From Heptranchias perlo (taxonomy: Eukaryota), in assembly GCF_035084215.1 (NCBI RefSeq), contig NC_090332.1:78058001-78122000 (forward strand): a DNA stretch of 64,000 bases, given 5' to 3'. The position numbers were made by a program, and so were the translations under genes. Shown here one piece after another: positions 25,501 through 40,500 of this stretch. How positions within the stretch are numbered: position 1 is the stretch's first letter; every line of letters starts with the position of its first letter. Under the pieces are notes generated by a model. It ran no database searches. It worked only from the letters and a program-made list of their open reading frames with translations, and was not told the origin of the DNA.

Positions 25501-28500
25501 ACAGCTATAAGGATAAACTTCAGAGATTCCCCTTTGTCACTCTAGTACAAGCAACTTTGTGTATGTTTTGAGAAGCGTCCTTACCCCATCTTCTGCATGC
25601 AGCTTTCTCCTCTTCTTGACACGTTCTGGCATGAGTTTTCGAACTCTACCTTGTGAAGACTCTGTGCCAAATTCTGTCTCAAAATCCCTCCAGGACTCCA
25701 AGAACATGAGTCGCTCTTCTTTCTCCTCACAGTTCCGCAAAGATCTGTTGGCATCCTCATAGATTTGTCGACATCTGGATATGCGTTCTGGCACTTCCAC
25801 TGAAAGCTCAAATTGAACATAACTGATCCATACCTATAGAAAACAAAAACATATAATACCATTTCAAAGGTTTGACAACACAAAAATGCAAGAGCATGGA
25901 CAACTTTTCTTCCATTCCCCCTTCAGTTCTAAAAACTGACAAATGGCAAAATTTGGACTGTGAAAAAGCTGCCTACGTAGAGAATAACAGATAGCGGAGG
26001 AGTTCAGATAGAGTCAAACTCAGAAGTTTATACTAGCTGTTTAAATAGCAAAATTAGATTACAAATCATTCACTTTAATCAGTAATTGTGATATTTTGTG
26101 GTTTTATTCTGATATCGATGACAGCAGAACTATCGCTGTGCCCCAAATCTTTTAACATCTGATGAGATTCATTGATTAATTCTAATGTCATCAATTCACG
26201 TAATTAGGAAATTATCTAAAGTTGACATATGGGAACTTCTATGTCCAACACACTTTATAAGTTCTATCGTCCTATCTATAAGTAGCTCACCTTAACATGT
26301 TGCGTACGTTGAAGTAGGCGTCTGTAAAGGTTTCTTGTCCTTTCATATTCTTCCTGTTCAATTTCAAAATCTATGTAGGACTTCCAGAGAACCTGAAAAG
26401 TAATGCAGTTAACAAAATTACCTAACTTGTAAAAAAACATTTTTAAACTCTAGAAGTTGGCAACATTCAAGATTGCTGGACCATCAAAATTATGGGCAGC
26501 CAATATGTCTGGGGCTCTTACAGCCTCAAACAAAACTGGTTGAACTGGTCCAAGACCAGCCTGTTAAAAACTGTCCAGTCCCGGGACAAGATTTACAGTA
26601 CTGTACTCCCAGTTGTACTTGTGTTTGGTTTCTGAAGACCGCTAGTGACAAATAAAACAATTCTCTAGCAGTAATCAGGTATTTAGAACATATTACTGTA
26701 TTTTGCGCCATTTTGTGAAAGTACAGATGCAATTTATCTCTATGCCCCATCCCCCCACCTCAAAAAATGAAAGCAACAGGTCATGCACCTCAGATTAGTG
26801 GAATTTCTAACCTCTTTAGAAGTAACAAACAGAAGCGATATTTGTGAGGCAACAGCACAGGAGACTTTATAAACATTCTCACGGTTTTACTTAACTCCAA
26901 AATCAATCTCTAACTGAACTATCAATTTTTTTCCCCATTTGTTACCTCTTACTAAATTACTTAAATACTACAATCCCGACTTTTAGAAGGGAAGGACTGC
27001 CTCCAAACACTCAGGTCACAAAGCTTTTTCTTTTACTCACATATGAATGAACTGCAGAAGAAAACATTTTATAAAATAATAAAGCTTGTCCTCACCACCC
27101 ATAGCTGCTTTTCTACAAAAGTTATTAGATTTTTGGTAAAGAAATACCAGAGCAAAAACAAACTGGGATGCTCATCAGCCCACAGAAGTAGTACGCTATA
27201 TTTTTTTTTAAAAAGCAATATAAAAAGGCACTCAGGAAAAATTAATACTAGTACAAATTTTAGTAACTACAGCCATTTTTGAAACCTATATTATGCATTA
27301 AGTGCTAGGTATTTGTGTAGTTATAGCATACCACAAATTAAATGCACTATTGAAAGCACTAAATTAGCAATCACAATACAAAGAGAACATTTTTATTCTA
27401 GAAACTTTCTATTACTTTTATGGCAGGATTTTACAGAACTAATAATGTATCAAAATGACAGCTTTTTTGAAGCGCCTGACATTTTTACCCAATGTCACTG
27501 GGTCTTACAGGAGGGTGGCTGAAGGAACAAATATTAGCTGAAAGATGGTAAGCAGTGAGTGATAGAGAACAGAAGCTCAGGTATACCTCTGGAACTGATG
27601 AAAAAGACGACAGCTGACTATATTCATCTTGGGGTTTAGGGCTATTATGAGGCAAAGCCAGGGTGAACAGGAGATTCCAGAAAGACAGATAGGTTACTGG
27701 AGTGGGTAGTTGGTTGGCTGATGCCGTTCAATGCAGAGAAATGTGAAGTACTATATTTTGGGAACAAGAAAAGTGAAAGGAGGTGTTACCTAAAGAGCAA
27801 GACTCTTCAGAGATTTAATGGCACAGATACATAGATTTTTAAAGGTCAGACTGCAGGTAGAAAGTCATAAGAAAGGCAAATGAGGTCCTTGGAGGATTGA
27901 ATATAAAATCAAGGAAGGGACGTTGAAATTGTACAAGACATTGGTTAGGTCACGGTTGAAATATTGTGCGCAGTTCTGAACACCCAATTGTGGGAAGAAT
28001 TTTAGAGCCATGGAAAAAGTATAGTGAAGGTTCACCAGAACAACACCACAAATGAGAGCTTAGAGTTATAAAGAAAAAGGTCAAAAACTGGGGATTTTTT
28101 CCACTGGAATAGAGTACATAAGGGAAATTAATAGAGACTTTCAAGATTATGAAAGGGAGAGTAAATATTGAAAGCTTGTTTCCCAATGGTCAAAGAATTG
28201 GAAACAAGAAGGCACAGGATTAACATTAGAAGAATGAAGGAGGAAATTCAAAGAACTTTTTTCCACAGAGAGTTAATTAGGATATGGAATACTGTACAAG
28301 TGATATTGAGACAGAGACACCATTTAAAAAGGGATTTGGGTCTGAAAAGAAATATAAAAAGATAGAGGAAAATGGAACAAGACCAGTTCAAGGACCAGCA
28401 CCAGCACAATGGGCCGAATGGTCTCTTAATGTGCCGTAATTGCTATGATTTGAAGAATGAGACGACATGCAATCAATCTACTGGGAGGTACTTGAAGTAG

Positions 28501-31500
28501 GAAAGATCAGTCTATATTTTGTTTAAAATCTAAATGATTATCCTGTCACAGTGGGTGTATAATTATAGATAGGTATTGTTTTCAGCTTGCTTAACAATAA
28601 AAAGAATCAGTCTCCAGAATAGAAATTCTCTTATATTAGTGAAAATCCAGTAAAGCATTTGAAAGTACTGAGGTGACAAGTTAGTTTTCAAATACAGAAT
28701 GTTTATAGACATATGATTCAATGAAATGTAAGTTCCTAATATATCAGTTCAAGTTCAAGTTTCATGTAAGTCTGAACAGGATTTTAAAAAAAGAGGTGAC
28801 ACCACTTCTCACGGATATAAAACAGAATAGATTGAAAGTGTGAAGCATGTCCAGTTTTAAAGGAAACACAATTTCTGATAATTGGGATGAAGTCTGATTA
28901 AAAGCTCATGAAGGTTTTTTAAATTATTGAGGTAATAAAACTGTTAATAGACAGATACAAAGTACATAATGGGAATTCTCCCGCTCCACTTCCACATAGC
29001 AACACAAGGATTATGTAGAGCAATGTAGCGATAACAGATTGCATATTAAGGCTAATCACTTAAGTGCTGAGCAACCATCTGATACCTAAATTCTATTATC
29101 TTTAATCTCTTAAAATTATCTGTTTAATGTGGCAAGCAATGGACTTGTTACCAAATGTGTTGCATGAGATCTGGGAGGTAATTTTAACCCCCAAGAACGG
29201 GTAGATTGGGAGTGGGTGGGCAGTAAAAATAATGGATTTTTGGAGCAGGTCCGCATCCCCGCTCCAATGCGCCCACTTCCAGGTTTGACCGAGGTGCATT
29301 TGGATGCGCATGCGCGCACGCAGAACTGACACCCGGACGTCCTGCCCCCACTTAAAGCCGGCGGGCCAATAAGTAAAGGGGCAATGTACCTCATTGCGAT
29401 AGTTGAGGTACTTAATTTTTTGTGTATTACAAAAGTAAAACAACTTTAACCAAAGCTATTCGGGTTTCCCATCGCTTCCAATTCACATCAAGTGAAAGCA
29501 GGTGGGAAGGGCCGGATCCAAGAAGTGAGTGTCTTTATTGCACTGTTTGTGGGCCCGGAGGAGCAGGAGTACTTCTTCCAGGCCCAACAAGCTCACCTGG
29601 CACGACATGACCCCACAATCGGCCAAAACCACCCCCTGATGCTGGACCCCCCTGATCTTCTCCACCCGTTGTCATCCAGGCCCCCCACTCCTTCGATTTC
29701 TTCCACAGTCCACAATTTCTCTCCCCCTCCCTGATTCGCAGCTCCTCTCACTTCTGACAGGAAGCCAGTCTGTCAATCTGGCTGCCTGCCGCGTAGGAAA
29801 TCCACAAGCACAAATACTTACCTTCAACTGAGTTGCGATCGCAGATTTGGCTTCCGGGTTGCCCATGTGAATTTATAGGGACGGGTTGGGTTCCCGGCTC
29901 CCAGCTAAAATCATGTCTCATGTTTGTGGAAATTACTAATGACATTGCAGAGCTGACCAGATATCTTACCTCTGGCATATCTAGTCTAGGTTGGCCAATT
30001 GCCAGTTCATAGATTGCACGGGCACGTTCAACATCACCGAGGATGGTCTCCAACTCAGCAAACTTGATCCAAGTAGTGCAGTTCTCTGGAGAAAACTCCA
30101 GGTATTTCTCATACAGTTTCCTACACCGGTCAAACTCGCGAAGCTGGAGCTCTAGTTCAATGTACCCCTTGAACAGCTTGTTCTTTGGACATTTCCCTAT
30201 GCCAGTACCCTGAAAGTGCACACAAGAAAAATTCTAATGTAAGTTATTATTCATTAATATACAGCTTATCCTGATCCAGAATAAGAAATGTATTCCAGTT
30301 GACAGGTCACTTGCAACAGTAAAAGCAGGCCTCTCAGTCCAGCATAGTATGGCATGGAGGGGGAAGGATAGTCAATTTCAGAACGGCCTTCAGAAATGAG
30401 AAGAATACACATCCTCATTTGAATGGAAATAAAAAGAAAAAACTCTGCAAACTTTGGAAATCTGAAACAAGAAGTGTTGTGAATAGACATCTAGAAAGAG
30501 AAAAGAACAGATTTTTGATGAAGGGTTATACACAAAATGTTTCCCTGTCTTTTTTCTTTTCAGATGCTAACTGACCTGTTGTGCATTTCCATCATTTTCT
30601 GTTTTTGTGTCTGTTTAAATAGAGATGTCTTCTGACTGAACTAATGGTTGACCTAAGCTGAACCCGATGCCAGCACTTTTCCAATCATATGTTGGCAACA
30701 CTGGAATTAAAATAATGATGTTTTATAAAAAAGGTAGATTTTTTATTTACACATGGGAGGTGTGAAGTACTTTTATTTAAATGTACTCTTTCCCCATTCA
30801 ATAATCTCTTCTTTTTAATTTCTAGTTACTGACACAGAGAGGGAAAAAAAAGTGATTTTTGGTAGTGGCAGAATTTAGTATTTTGCTTCCCCAATGACTC
30901 AGTTTTGTCCATTAAGGGCAGTAAGCTCACAGGTTTAGATCCCATCTGTGCTAATCTCAGTCAAGGTGGCAGTAATGCCCCTACAATTAGCCTCAGTGTC
31001 CCTGAGTTAGGGAAGGGAAAATTAGCCTGTGTTCCTGCCTCTGTTTGCTATCCAGTGACCCCAGCTGTAAGTAGGCGTGTGCGTATAGATATGAGGTGAG
31101 GAGAGGGTAGGATGCAGCTTTGACATCCCCTCTCGTGAATAGTCTACTGACATTCATTGTGAACCTCATATTGGAGGGCGCCCAGTGCCTGTGGAACCTC
31201 GACAAGGAATCCATACCTTTGGGACAGCGAGGTTCAAAATCGGTAAAAACAAACAGTATTTCTGCAAAGAAAGTCTATCAATTGCCTTGGCACCTGGTTT
31301 CTGTCGTCAACTTAACAGATGCGTGACAGCTAAGACCTGTACTGTGATAAATAGAGTTTCAGAAGAAAGAGCATAATGCAGCATCAAAAAAGACATGAAA
31401 GTTCTGAGAGTCTAATCTAACTATTGTATCCTTAAGCTAAGAAAGATATCATCCATAAGTAAAAGTGAAGGAAGGTGTATGATTACTTACCAAAGCCCTC

Positions 31501-34500
31501 CTGGCCAGAGACAGGTTCTTCTGTCGAACTTCAAACTGTGCATACAGCAGCCACAATTTGGCAAATGTGAACTAAAATCATAAATCATTAAGACCAGAAG
31601 GTGAGGGTGCATTAATAAAACAGGAGGTTAGTTACTCTAAATTATATTGGAGTTATATTTAATATAGCAACAGATGTTTAGGTTGTAAAGAGACAATCAT
31701 TTTGTTCAGTATCTGGAGCCCATAGTGTGCAATGACATTCACCAGCTTTATAATTACATACATTTTCTCTGAACAAAATTTTCAACAGAATAGTTATTAA
31801 GTTGTAATTATTTCTGAAATATATCTTCCTCCCATTATTTTTGCCTTGCTACAGTTTCCTCCATTATTTGCAATTAGTACTGAAGAATCTACACTTTGAA
31901 CAGAGGAATATTTATTTTGTCAATTCCCTCAAAAAGGAGAACCATGGGAACAGAAAGATCAGAGACATCAAATATTTGTGGATTTTGCAGAATTCCAATA
32001 AAGGTAAAATTGTTTTTTCAGTTGCAAATTAGAAAGGCGCACATAACCTTTTTTAAACCTCTGACATAAACACAATGCTTTATTTCAGAGTGAATCTGAC
32101 ACTCCAATTCAACTGCAGAATAAAACTTGCAGTAAATCCTAGTAGAGAGTAAAGAAAGGACTTGCATTTATAAAGCACCTTTCATAAGCTCAGGACGTCC
32201 TAAAACACTTTACAGCCACTGAAGTACTTTTGAAGTGTAGTCACTGTTGTAATGTAGGGAAACGCGACAATCAATTTGCGCACAGCACGGTCCCATACAC
32301 AATCAAGAGATAATCTTTTTTTAAAAGTTATGTTGGTTGAGGGATAAATATTGGCCAGGACATCGGTTGAACCCCCCGCGTTTTTTCAAATAGCGTCATG
32401 TGATCTTTTACGTCCACCTGAGAGGGCAAGCATGACCTCGGTTTAACATCTGATGATACCTCTGACAGTGCAGCACTCCCTTAGTACGGTACTGAAGAGT
32501 CAGCCTGGCTTATGTGCTCAAGTCCTGGAGTGGGGCTTGAACCCATGATCTTCTGACTCAGACAAGAGTGCTACCACTGAGCCAAGGCTAATACCAAGTA
32601 CCTTCTGGAGACAAATCAACATAGAATTCTCCAGGCCTGTATGGTTCCAGGTCAAGGCAACGTAAAGGATTATCTGAAGTCTCCATGTCTGCTGGCTATA
32701 GGGAGAGAAATCAGTTGTGTGGACTTCACACTTCTGTCAAAACTCATTTATGCCCAATTTACATGAGAACAGAATTACTTCCATTAGTTTAGGACGGCAC
32801 AACTATACCTTCTTATGAGGGATGAGTTCCAAACATGCTTGATATACTTGCCCAGTCTTCTCTGGATCCTGTTCAGGAAGGAATATTGATGTTATAGAAA
32901 ATGTTCTCAGAAATACACAAAATACACATACCCCATCCAAAATATAACTGAGAAATTAGGACTTAATTTTACCTCAAACAATGGTCCAACCTAATCTGTT
33001 GGGCACAAGATTTTTTTTTACTGAATCATATAGCATTTATTAATTTGGTCTAAAATAGTTCTTCAGTTATTACAATATAGAAAGAGGCACAATATTCCCC
33101 TGCATCCAACAGTAATATAAATTCCACTATTACAGCTCATCAAATCAGGAAGCTTTAAAAAAAAATCAAACAGTTTAAAAGGAAACACAGTTTCTATACC
33201 ATCAAGACACAATCTTCCCATGTTGGATCACTGGTTAAGAAGATTGCCCATCCACTCTCAGCTACAGAAGCATGTAGAGACCAGAAGACAGGCAAACTGG
33301 GGAAAAAGTGGGGCTGTAATGCATCCTCACACAAAATTATTTGCTCACGTATTGAATTGTAGTCATATCTGTACCTTTGCCTCCAGTTCTTCAAACAAAG
33401 AATAGTTGATCCATAAGTAAATGTATCTCCTCCAGTGCCTCTTTTCCGGAATGGGTGGTACATTGGCTATTGCGCGCTCATACACTTCACGTACGGTATC
33501 AACATCACCATCACTTTCAACTAGTCGGAGGTAGTCAAACCAGGCATCGTAATTATGTGGATTAGCCTTTCAGAAATATAAAAATAGGATCTTAAATTTT
33601 TGAAAGATTTTTGACATGGAGAGATTCTTTTTAACTCTGTGTACCAATTTTTATTTGCATTTTGAAGAATGCTTTTTTCTCTCTCAGTATTCACATGAAC
33701 ATGATTCGCCGTTGCAATAATTTATGTTGTTCCTACTATTTGGACGTGAACTGGGATTTTGTTCTATTTCTCTCCCCCCATACAACAGAGCACATTGCAG
33801 AAGAAAAATTGTTCATGAGCAGACACATGTTTGACAACTCCCCACTTCCACAACATGAGTTCTTGATCTCAGCTGCCATGGTGTAGCAAGTCATTGAGCG
33901 TGACCAAAAGTCTACTCATGGTTGTGCGGGAGGAGAAAAATCAGAGCTCAAAATGGACGGGTGCTCGAGGCTTGCGAAAAGGGCACCCAACAGAAATGGT
34001 ACTTCTAAATTCAGAATAACTTTATATCCAATTTAAAAAGATCACAAGAAAAATGAAGAATGCTATTCAGCCAATCCTAGCTCATTCATCCAGAACAAAC
34101 TTATAGCTCCCCCATCACAACGACCAACTGTTTCTTAAATGACTTGAGTTTTTGCCTCCATTACTCATCTTTGTGTTCAAGTTCTTGTTGCCTGTCTTAA
34201 ATTTGCTTTTTACCAGTTTAACTTGTGTCCTCTTGTCCTATTATCCCAGGTTTAACTTTTCTTTACCATTTACTATCTTATATACTTCTAGGTCACTTCT
34301 TAGTTGCCTCTTTTCAAGCGTTAAAGGCACAAATTACGCTGCTTTTTCCTCATAAATCAGCTCTCCAACAATAAGGACTAGCCTCATGGTACTTTGCATC
34401 ACCTCCAGGGCTTGAATGCCTCTCTTGTGTCGTGGTGGCTAAAACTGGACACGGTACTTAAGGTGCAGTCTGGCCAAAGCACCATAGTTTACCATGACAT

Positions 34501-37500
34501 TCTGCAACTTGTAATCTATTGATCTGAGTATATATTTCAGCATTCTATTTATTTTGTTGGTGCTGCTCTGCGTGACTACGCATGGTGAGCACTGAGAAAA
34601 CTAACACTCTGGATATATTTCAACAGCTCCGACATTGATTTTAATTTCTACAACAGGCAAAAACAAACAGATGCCGGAAATCTGAAACAAATAGAAAATG
34701 CTGGAAACACTTGGGTCAGGCAGCATTTGGACACAGAACAGACATTAATTTTTCAGGTCTAGACTGTTTCTCAAAACAATTTTGAGGATGGGTCCATACC
34801 TGAACATTAACTTGCCCAGTCTCTCCATAGATGCTGCCTGACCTGTGTGTGTTTTCAGTATTTATTGTTTTCCAATTTTATTTGTATTTTGGAAAGTCAC
34901 ATGTATTATCTTCGCAAAACACGACTAGAAAGATAAAATTAATCTTACCTTGACTTCCTCTTCATACTGAAAGCGCCTTTTGCTGACAATAACATCTTCG
35001 ATGCCTCTTCTATCCCCAAACTTTTTCTCAAACACTGTGTAGTTTTTGAAGAGCTCTTGAGCCTGCTGTTTGGCAATTCTGTCAAGTGCATATTTGTAAA
35101 TCACCCTCACTCGATCAAACTAGAAAAAGAACAAACTCACAATACAAAGTGGAAATGCAACTAAAGCATGTGATTCAAAAGCAGCAGAGGCAGGACTAAA
35201 ATCTTTTAGTAGACCGGACAAATCTTTCAAGGTTTGATTACTGTGAAACGATTACTAACAATTATGTTACATGGGGAAATTCACATAACTATTATTTTTG
35301 TAGAAGTTGCTTGAAAATCATAGTTAAATGAAAACCGACATCACAAAAGGATGAAATATTTTCTGACCACCAGATTTACACTGCTCACAATACAGCACAT
35401 GGTTTCAATTTCCTATCATTCAAGTTTTCCCCCATCTCTATTGAAGAGACTCACACATATTTCATCGTAGAAGGCATCAGAACTGAGCCTTATTCTGTCC
35501 TTGCCTGATGTCAAAACATATGCCCTTTTCAGCAGATATCACTGGCTAACAGTCAAGGGAGCAGGAATGCGAGCTGATTTTCCTCCTCCTTGGCTGAGGG
35601 CCACAGAGACCAACTGTAATGCCCCTATTACCACCACTCTGGTTGTACCATCTAACTCAGCATGGACTAGGGATTGAACTTTCCTGGTTGGTGTAGCTCA
35701 GTCCTGAACTGGGCAATGCCGTTATCCATTAAGCCAGCAGTTCTGCAACTGGCTTCTTGTTCCTGCATTGTATCTGACTGTATAGCTTTCAGTATTCAGC
35801 TAAAAAGCAGCCACATAGTCGAATTTGCATTGTCGTCTTGCACGGCAATTGATGAGGCAACAGTTTGAAGTTGCCAGTTTTCATGATGCTGTGAAGGAAT
35901 TGTAAAAGCAGAAGATACACAATGCAGCAGTTCACACTTGCACTACCTATGGAACTTTATGGTAGAAATCAAATATATTTAAAAATTCTACAGAATACTA
36001 GAAATATTTCTGCATAATGAGGTGTAACAGCATTTACCAAATCAGCCCTTTCTTGCATGCAGAAAACTACCCACTATATCGGATTGTGATACATTATATG
36101 TACAGATGGCTTTATTCCATAAATTTAGCATTGAATCCCTTCAGTATTTATCACACTGCTTAAAATCTCAATTGGAATGTTAAATACTTGACTCTTTTAG
36201 TCACTTTGTGTGACTATTTATATATCTCTTTCCCTAGAAGCAAACTCTACTTTTTTTTGGAAGAAAATTCCATGTGAAATCATCTGGAACTGAATATATC
36301 AGAAATAGTATGCATTTAAATACCAAAGAAAATTGTTGCTGATTCATTATAATCAGCTTAGTAATCCCCTTCCAAAACAGGAGTAAATGCAATGTTAAAT
36401 AACAAATAAAGCTACATTGAACTAGGCTTAAAAGTTTGAAGCACGGCATTTGCTGCAGTAAATAAAGCAGTGCCATGTCCTCCTGATAGAAGTTAGGCTT
36501 TTTGAGCCAGCCTTGAAAACAAACAAGGAAATAAAATTAAATTCTGTGATTTTCTTACTTCTTTCTGCTTTTCTTCAAACTTTGCAAATGCTACAAAGAG
36601 CTGTTCATCCATATTGTCTTCCCCATAAAACTCCACTCCTCTTTCATATACTTTCCGTGCATGCCCAACATAAGCATGCTTTTCTTCAAACCGGGCATAT
36701 TTAATCCAGTTCTTAACATCAGGATGGATAAAAACAAGTGCAGAGGAATTAAGGAAAACAAAATTGCATAAAAGGAATCCTTCCCACAAATGGCTATAAA
36801 ACAATTAACCATTTTTTTAAGTTACTGTCCCTGGTCAAAATTGTTCCTACACCTTCAACACTGTAGATCTTTAGCTGCTTGCAAGGTGGTAGGTGAAGAT
36901 TGCCTATAATGACTGGCCTGATTTCCCATTGCTTCCTCCACTGGAAAAGCCTACCCTACATGCAGTACAATGCCATAACAATATGATTGAGAGCAAGTAT
37001 TTACCATATGGCCGGGGGGGGGGGGGGGGGGGGGATCATAAGCAAAAATCCACATCCCACACTCCAATCCACGGTATCTCTGTGCTTCTCAATCAACCTT
37101 TTAAATCAAATTCAAATGTAACTGTGTGATATGAATAGGGAGCACTGTTCTGTATAAAATTCTCATAACATTTCAGTGGCTATTTTCAAACTGCATTGAT
37201 TGATCAATGCAATGATTTAAGCATTGTATTCTAAATAATCAAATCTGCAACGTTCAACTCACTGTGAATCAGGCACGACAAACTTAGGCCCGGAATTTCC
37301 TGGAAAGATTTGGCGTAAGAGCTGTTTTGCCCCTTTTTTCTGCAAGGAAATTTACGCGTAACTGATTTATGCCAAATTTATGCTGGAACGTTGGTATGCC
37401 GCCGCCCCCCCCCCCCACCCCCCAACGCAAAAGACCAGCTCACACAAGTTTCCTGGATTTACGCGAATAATGCGCTGGCGTTGATCCGTGCCCAAAAATT

Positions 37501-40500
37501 TAGACACAGCACGGCCCGAAGTCACCTGGTATCAGTGTAACAGATTTCTGGAGTTTGATAGCAACTTTCTTGGCGATTTTTAAAAAAAACTGCGATCTAC
37601 GCTATACTTAACCACTTAACCAAAATGCTGTCAGTCTCAGTGCACCTGAAATACTTTGGACCCCCACCTCCCTCATGAGTTCAGAAGGACTATGCAGCTG
37701 CAATGGCCTTCCCAATGGGCATACCCCTGTTCTGCATAATAATGGAAGAGGAAGGAGAGACAAGAGGCACGGACAATGAGGCACCACGTCAGAAGGTACT
37801 AACAAACTGAAATCACTTGCACAGCCACACAATGGCCGGGTAATTCCTTGGAGATGCTCCCACTCTTCTGGTGTTACGTTGCCAGAAGTGAAGCGAAAAC
37901 CCCGTTTGCACTAATAAGTGGGGTTCCCGTTGCACTTCTTGGGAAGTACGTCGGAAGAGTGGGAGCAGCTCTGTGGAATTTCCAGCCAGTATCACTCAAA
38001 AGTGAAACTACAGCTGGTAACAATGTTAACGACAGAAGGTAATTCTGAATAATTCAGACTTTAACAAGTTAACAATGGCTTTTTGACACTATTGTTGGGT
38101 GCTGCCCAAATTGACACCATGGTGAAGGTGTGGAAATTAACTTTTGTTACTGGACATAGCAATGGAGCTGTTGCCTTTACAGTTGCATATACAAATGAAA
38201 AGTTAAACCAGAAATAAGTTCCTCTCCAGTAGGCCTGGTGATAAAATGTCAGGAATATCTGGACAGCTGTGAGTTCAAACCCAGTTTTAACCAAGAATCA
38301 CACTTCCTTCCCCTCATTTTTGATGACTTCTAAATGATGCAGCACTTCCGCTGTGATTCATCAGAATGCTTGGTTTCATAATCCACACATGCAAGTCTCC
38401 TTTTTTACAAAAAATGTTCACTAAACAGTAATACAGACGCATGCAGTAAGTTTTTAAAAAATTCTGAGCGGATAACACCATTTTAAAAATAGCATCTACA
38501 GTCAAAACACAAATGGGCAACAATTACTGGCGCTGAATTTGAGCTTTTTTTACACCAGTTCTTAACATTCCGGCATAGGCCAATGTGCGCTACTGCAAAT
38601 TTCAGTGCAAGTTTCTGTCTGCAAGATCAGCATGGAAACTGGAGTAAATTTTGGTGCAATTTCTGCGTAAATTGGGATGCAGGAAATTCGGGGCCTTTGA
38701 GACACCTGCATATAAAGTTGTGCTCAGTTCTCTTTTCCCTGTTGATTCCGCTGCTTTTGTTTCTTGTTCTTTATTTTGTCCATTTTTTCTTTTCTTAGGA
38801 AAATGCTAAGAAGAAAACGAAGTGCAATTTGGGTTGTAACTCATTTCAATTGGATACTGTTAGGTTTGTCTAGATTTAACTGTACCATTTCTGGGCTAGA
38901 GCAGTACCAATGACATTAATGAGTAAGACTCTTAAAAGGCATAGATTGAGATGTCCTCGCAAGCAAAGTTTCTGATTGGCTGACATGGAGTGCACATTCT
39001 ATTCCCAAGGGTGCACACCCCATTGCCAAATTCTAGACAACTTAGGTTGGCCAATACAGGTTGCCCCGAAATTCTTTGGACTTTGCTGTCTCATTAGATC
39101 ACTGAGTCTGTGAAGTGAGGTTGGCTCTGTTCCCATTTTCCATCAGTGGTCATATTGTCATGGAGCCCTTGACCCCAAAGATACATGCTCATCTCTACTT
39201 CCTCCCCTGCCCCCCAACCAAGACGATAGTCATTTGTTGGTGCGGGCTTTAGCCCTTATTAACCAGACAGAAAATAACCAATAACTTCTCAAATAAAATA
39301 GGGAGAAGCAGAACTCACCATAAAGCATGTGAATGCACTGTTCCCATCCTTCTGACCACAGCATGGACACACATCATACCCTATCAAACAGCAGTTACAC
39401 CAAGTGGAGGTGTAGATCTTCAGCAGCAACCCAATCATTGTAAGAACCAAATCTTAGATATATAAGCTTTCCCGTTAGTTTGTGTGGTGATGAGCAGCTT
39501 ATATCCCTTATTTCTTCATACAAATCACAATTTAAAAGGATATACTTCTCATAAACCAGCCTGGCTCTTTCAATCTCCTTGTATCGGAGTTCAAAGTTGA
39601 TATAGGAGTGCCAGGCTTGCTCATCAGGTTGCCATTCCATCCAGCGCTCAAACACCTGTCGTCCTCCTGCAACATTCCCTAGCATCTCCTCCATGTAGGT
39701 GTATTTATACCTAGCAAAAGTAAATATAATATAGTATGTGCATATCAACACAAGCATACCTTTAGATCCATTCTGGGGACATTACGTTCGTATAGCAATG
39801 GATTTTAAAATTATTTCCATTATGGTTCAGCACCACAGAGTGGCGAGTCCTGAGTTTGCAACCCACAGTTCCAAACTGAGCCGTGTCATTATGCGAATCA
39901 GGTTCTTCCCTGCCTTGAGAGAGTCTCGTCATCAGTCCGGTATCATACACTTCCTAAACCTGGGTTCAGAGTGATATCAGGGCAGACCAGTGAACAGTTC
40001 ATCTGCCTTTTTGGGTGTAGCTGATGTAGGGCATAGGTGGGAAAATGGAAGGGGTTCTTACCTTCAGATTAGGGAAAACATTAGAAAGCACAGTCTCATT
40101 CTGATGAAATGACTTGGCTGAAATGAACTGATATTTTTAGACTTCCAAAAAAGAAATTCTCTCGCTAAGAAAACTGTGGCAAGAACAGGTTGGAATTAAT
40201 TAGTCCGAATATGATAGAGCAGAACAGGCTTGCAAATGTAATCAGAAACACCTATTATCTTAACAGTTCTCTTACACAGTGATTTAAAATTAATAGGACC
40301 AATAGAATATGGATCTGAAATTTATATTTGAAATATGCTTTTTATTCAAATACAAATATTTTAAATATGCAAAGAAATGAAGTAGGAAACTGTTAACATA
40401 TAAATAATTCTCTGTTCTGTTGTTTATTAGTGACATTCATTTAAGTTGGATTTTTGAGGATGTGTTAAAATAAATAATTACGAAGAAATTGATTAGAAGA

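Noticed and set aside
40101-40132. CTGATGA..GAAA in CRNKL1 intron 4 (hammerhead-like)
   Set aside because: No pairing stem II or stem I; too short for a C/D snoRNA
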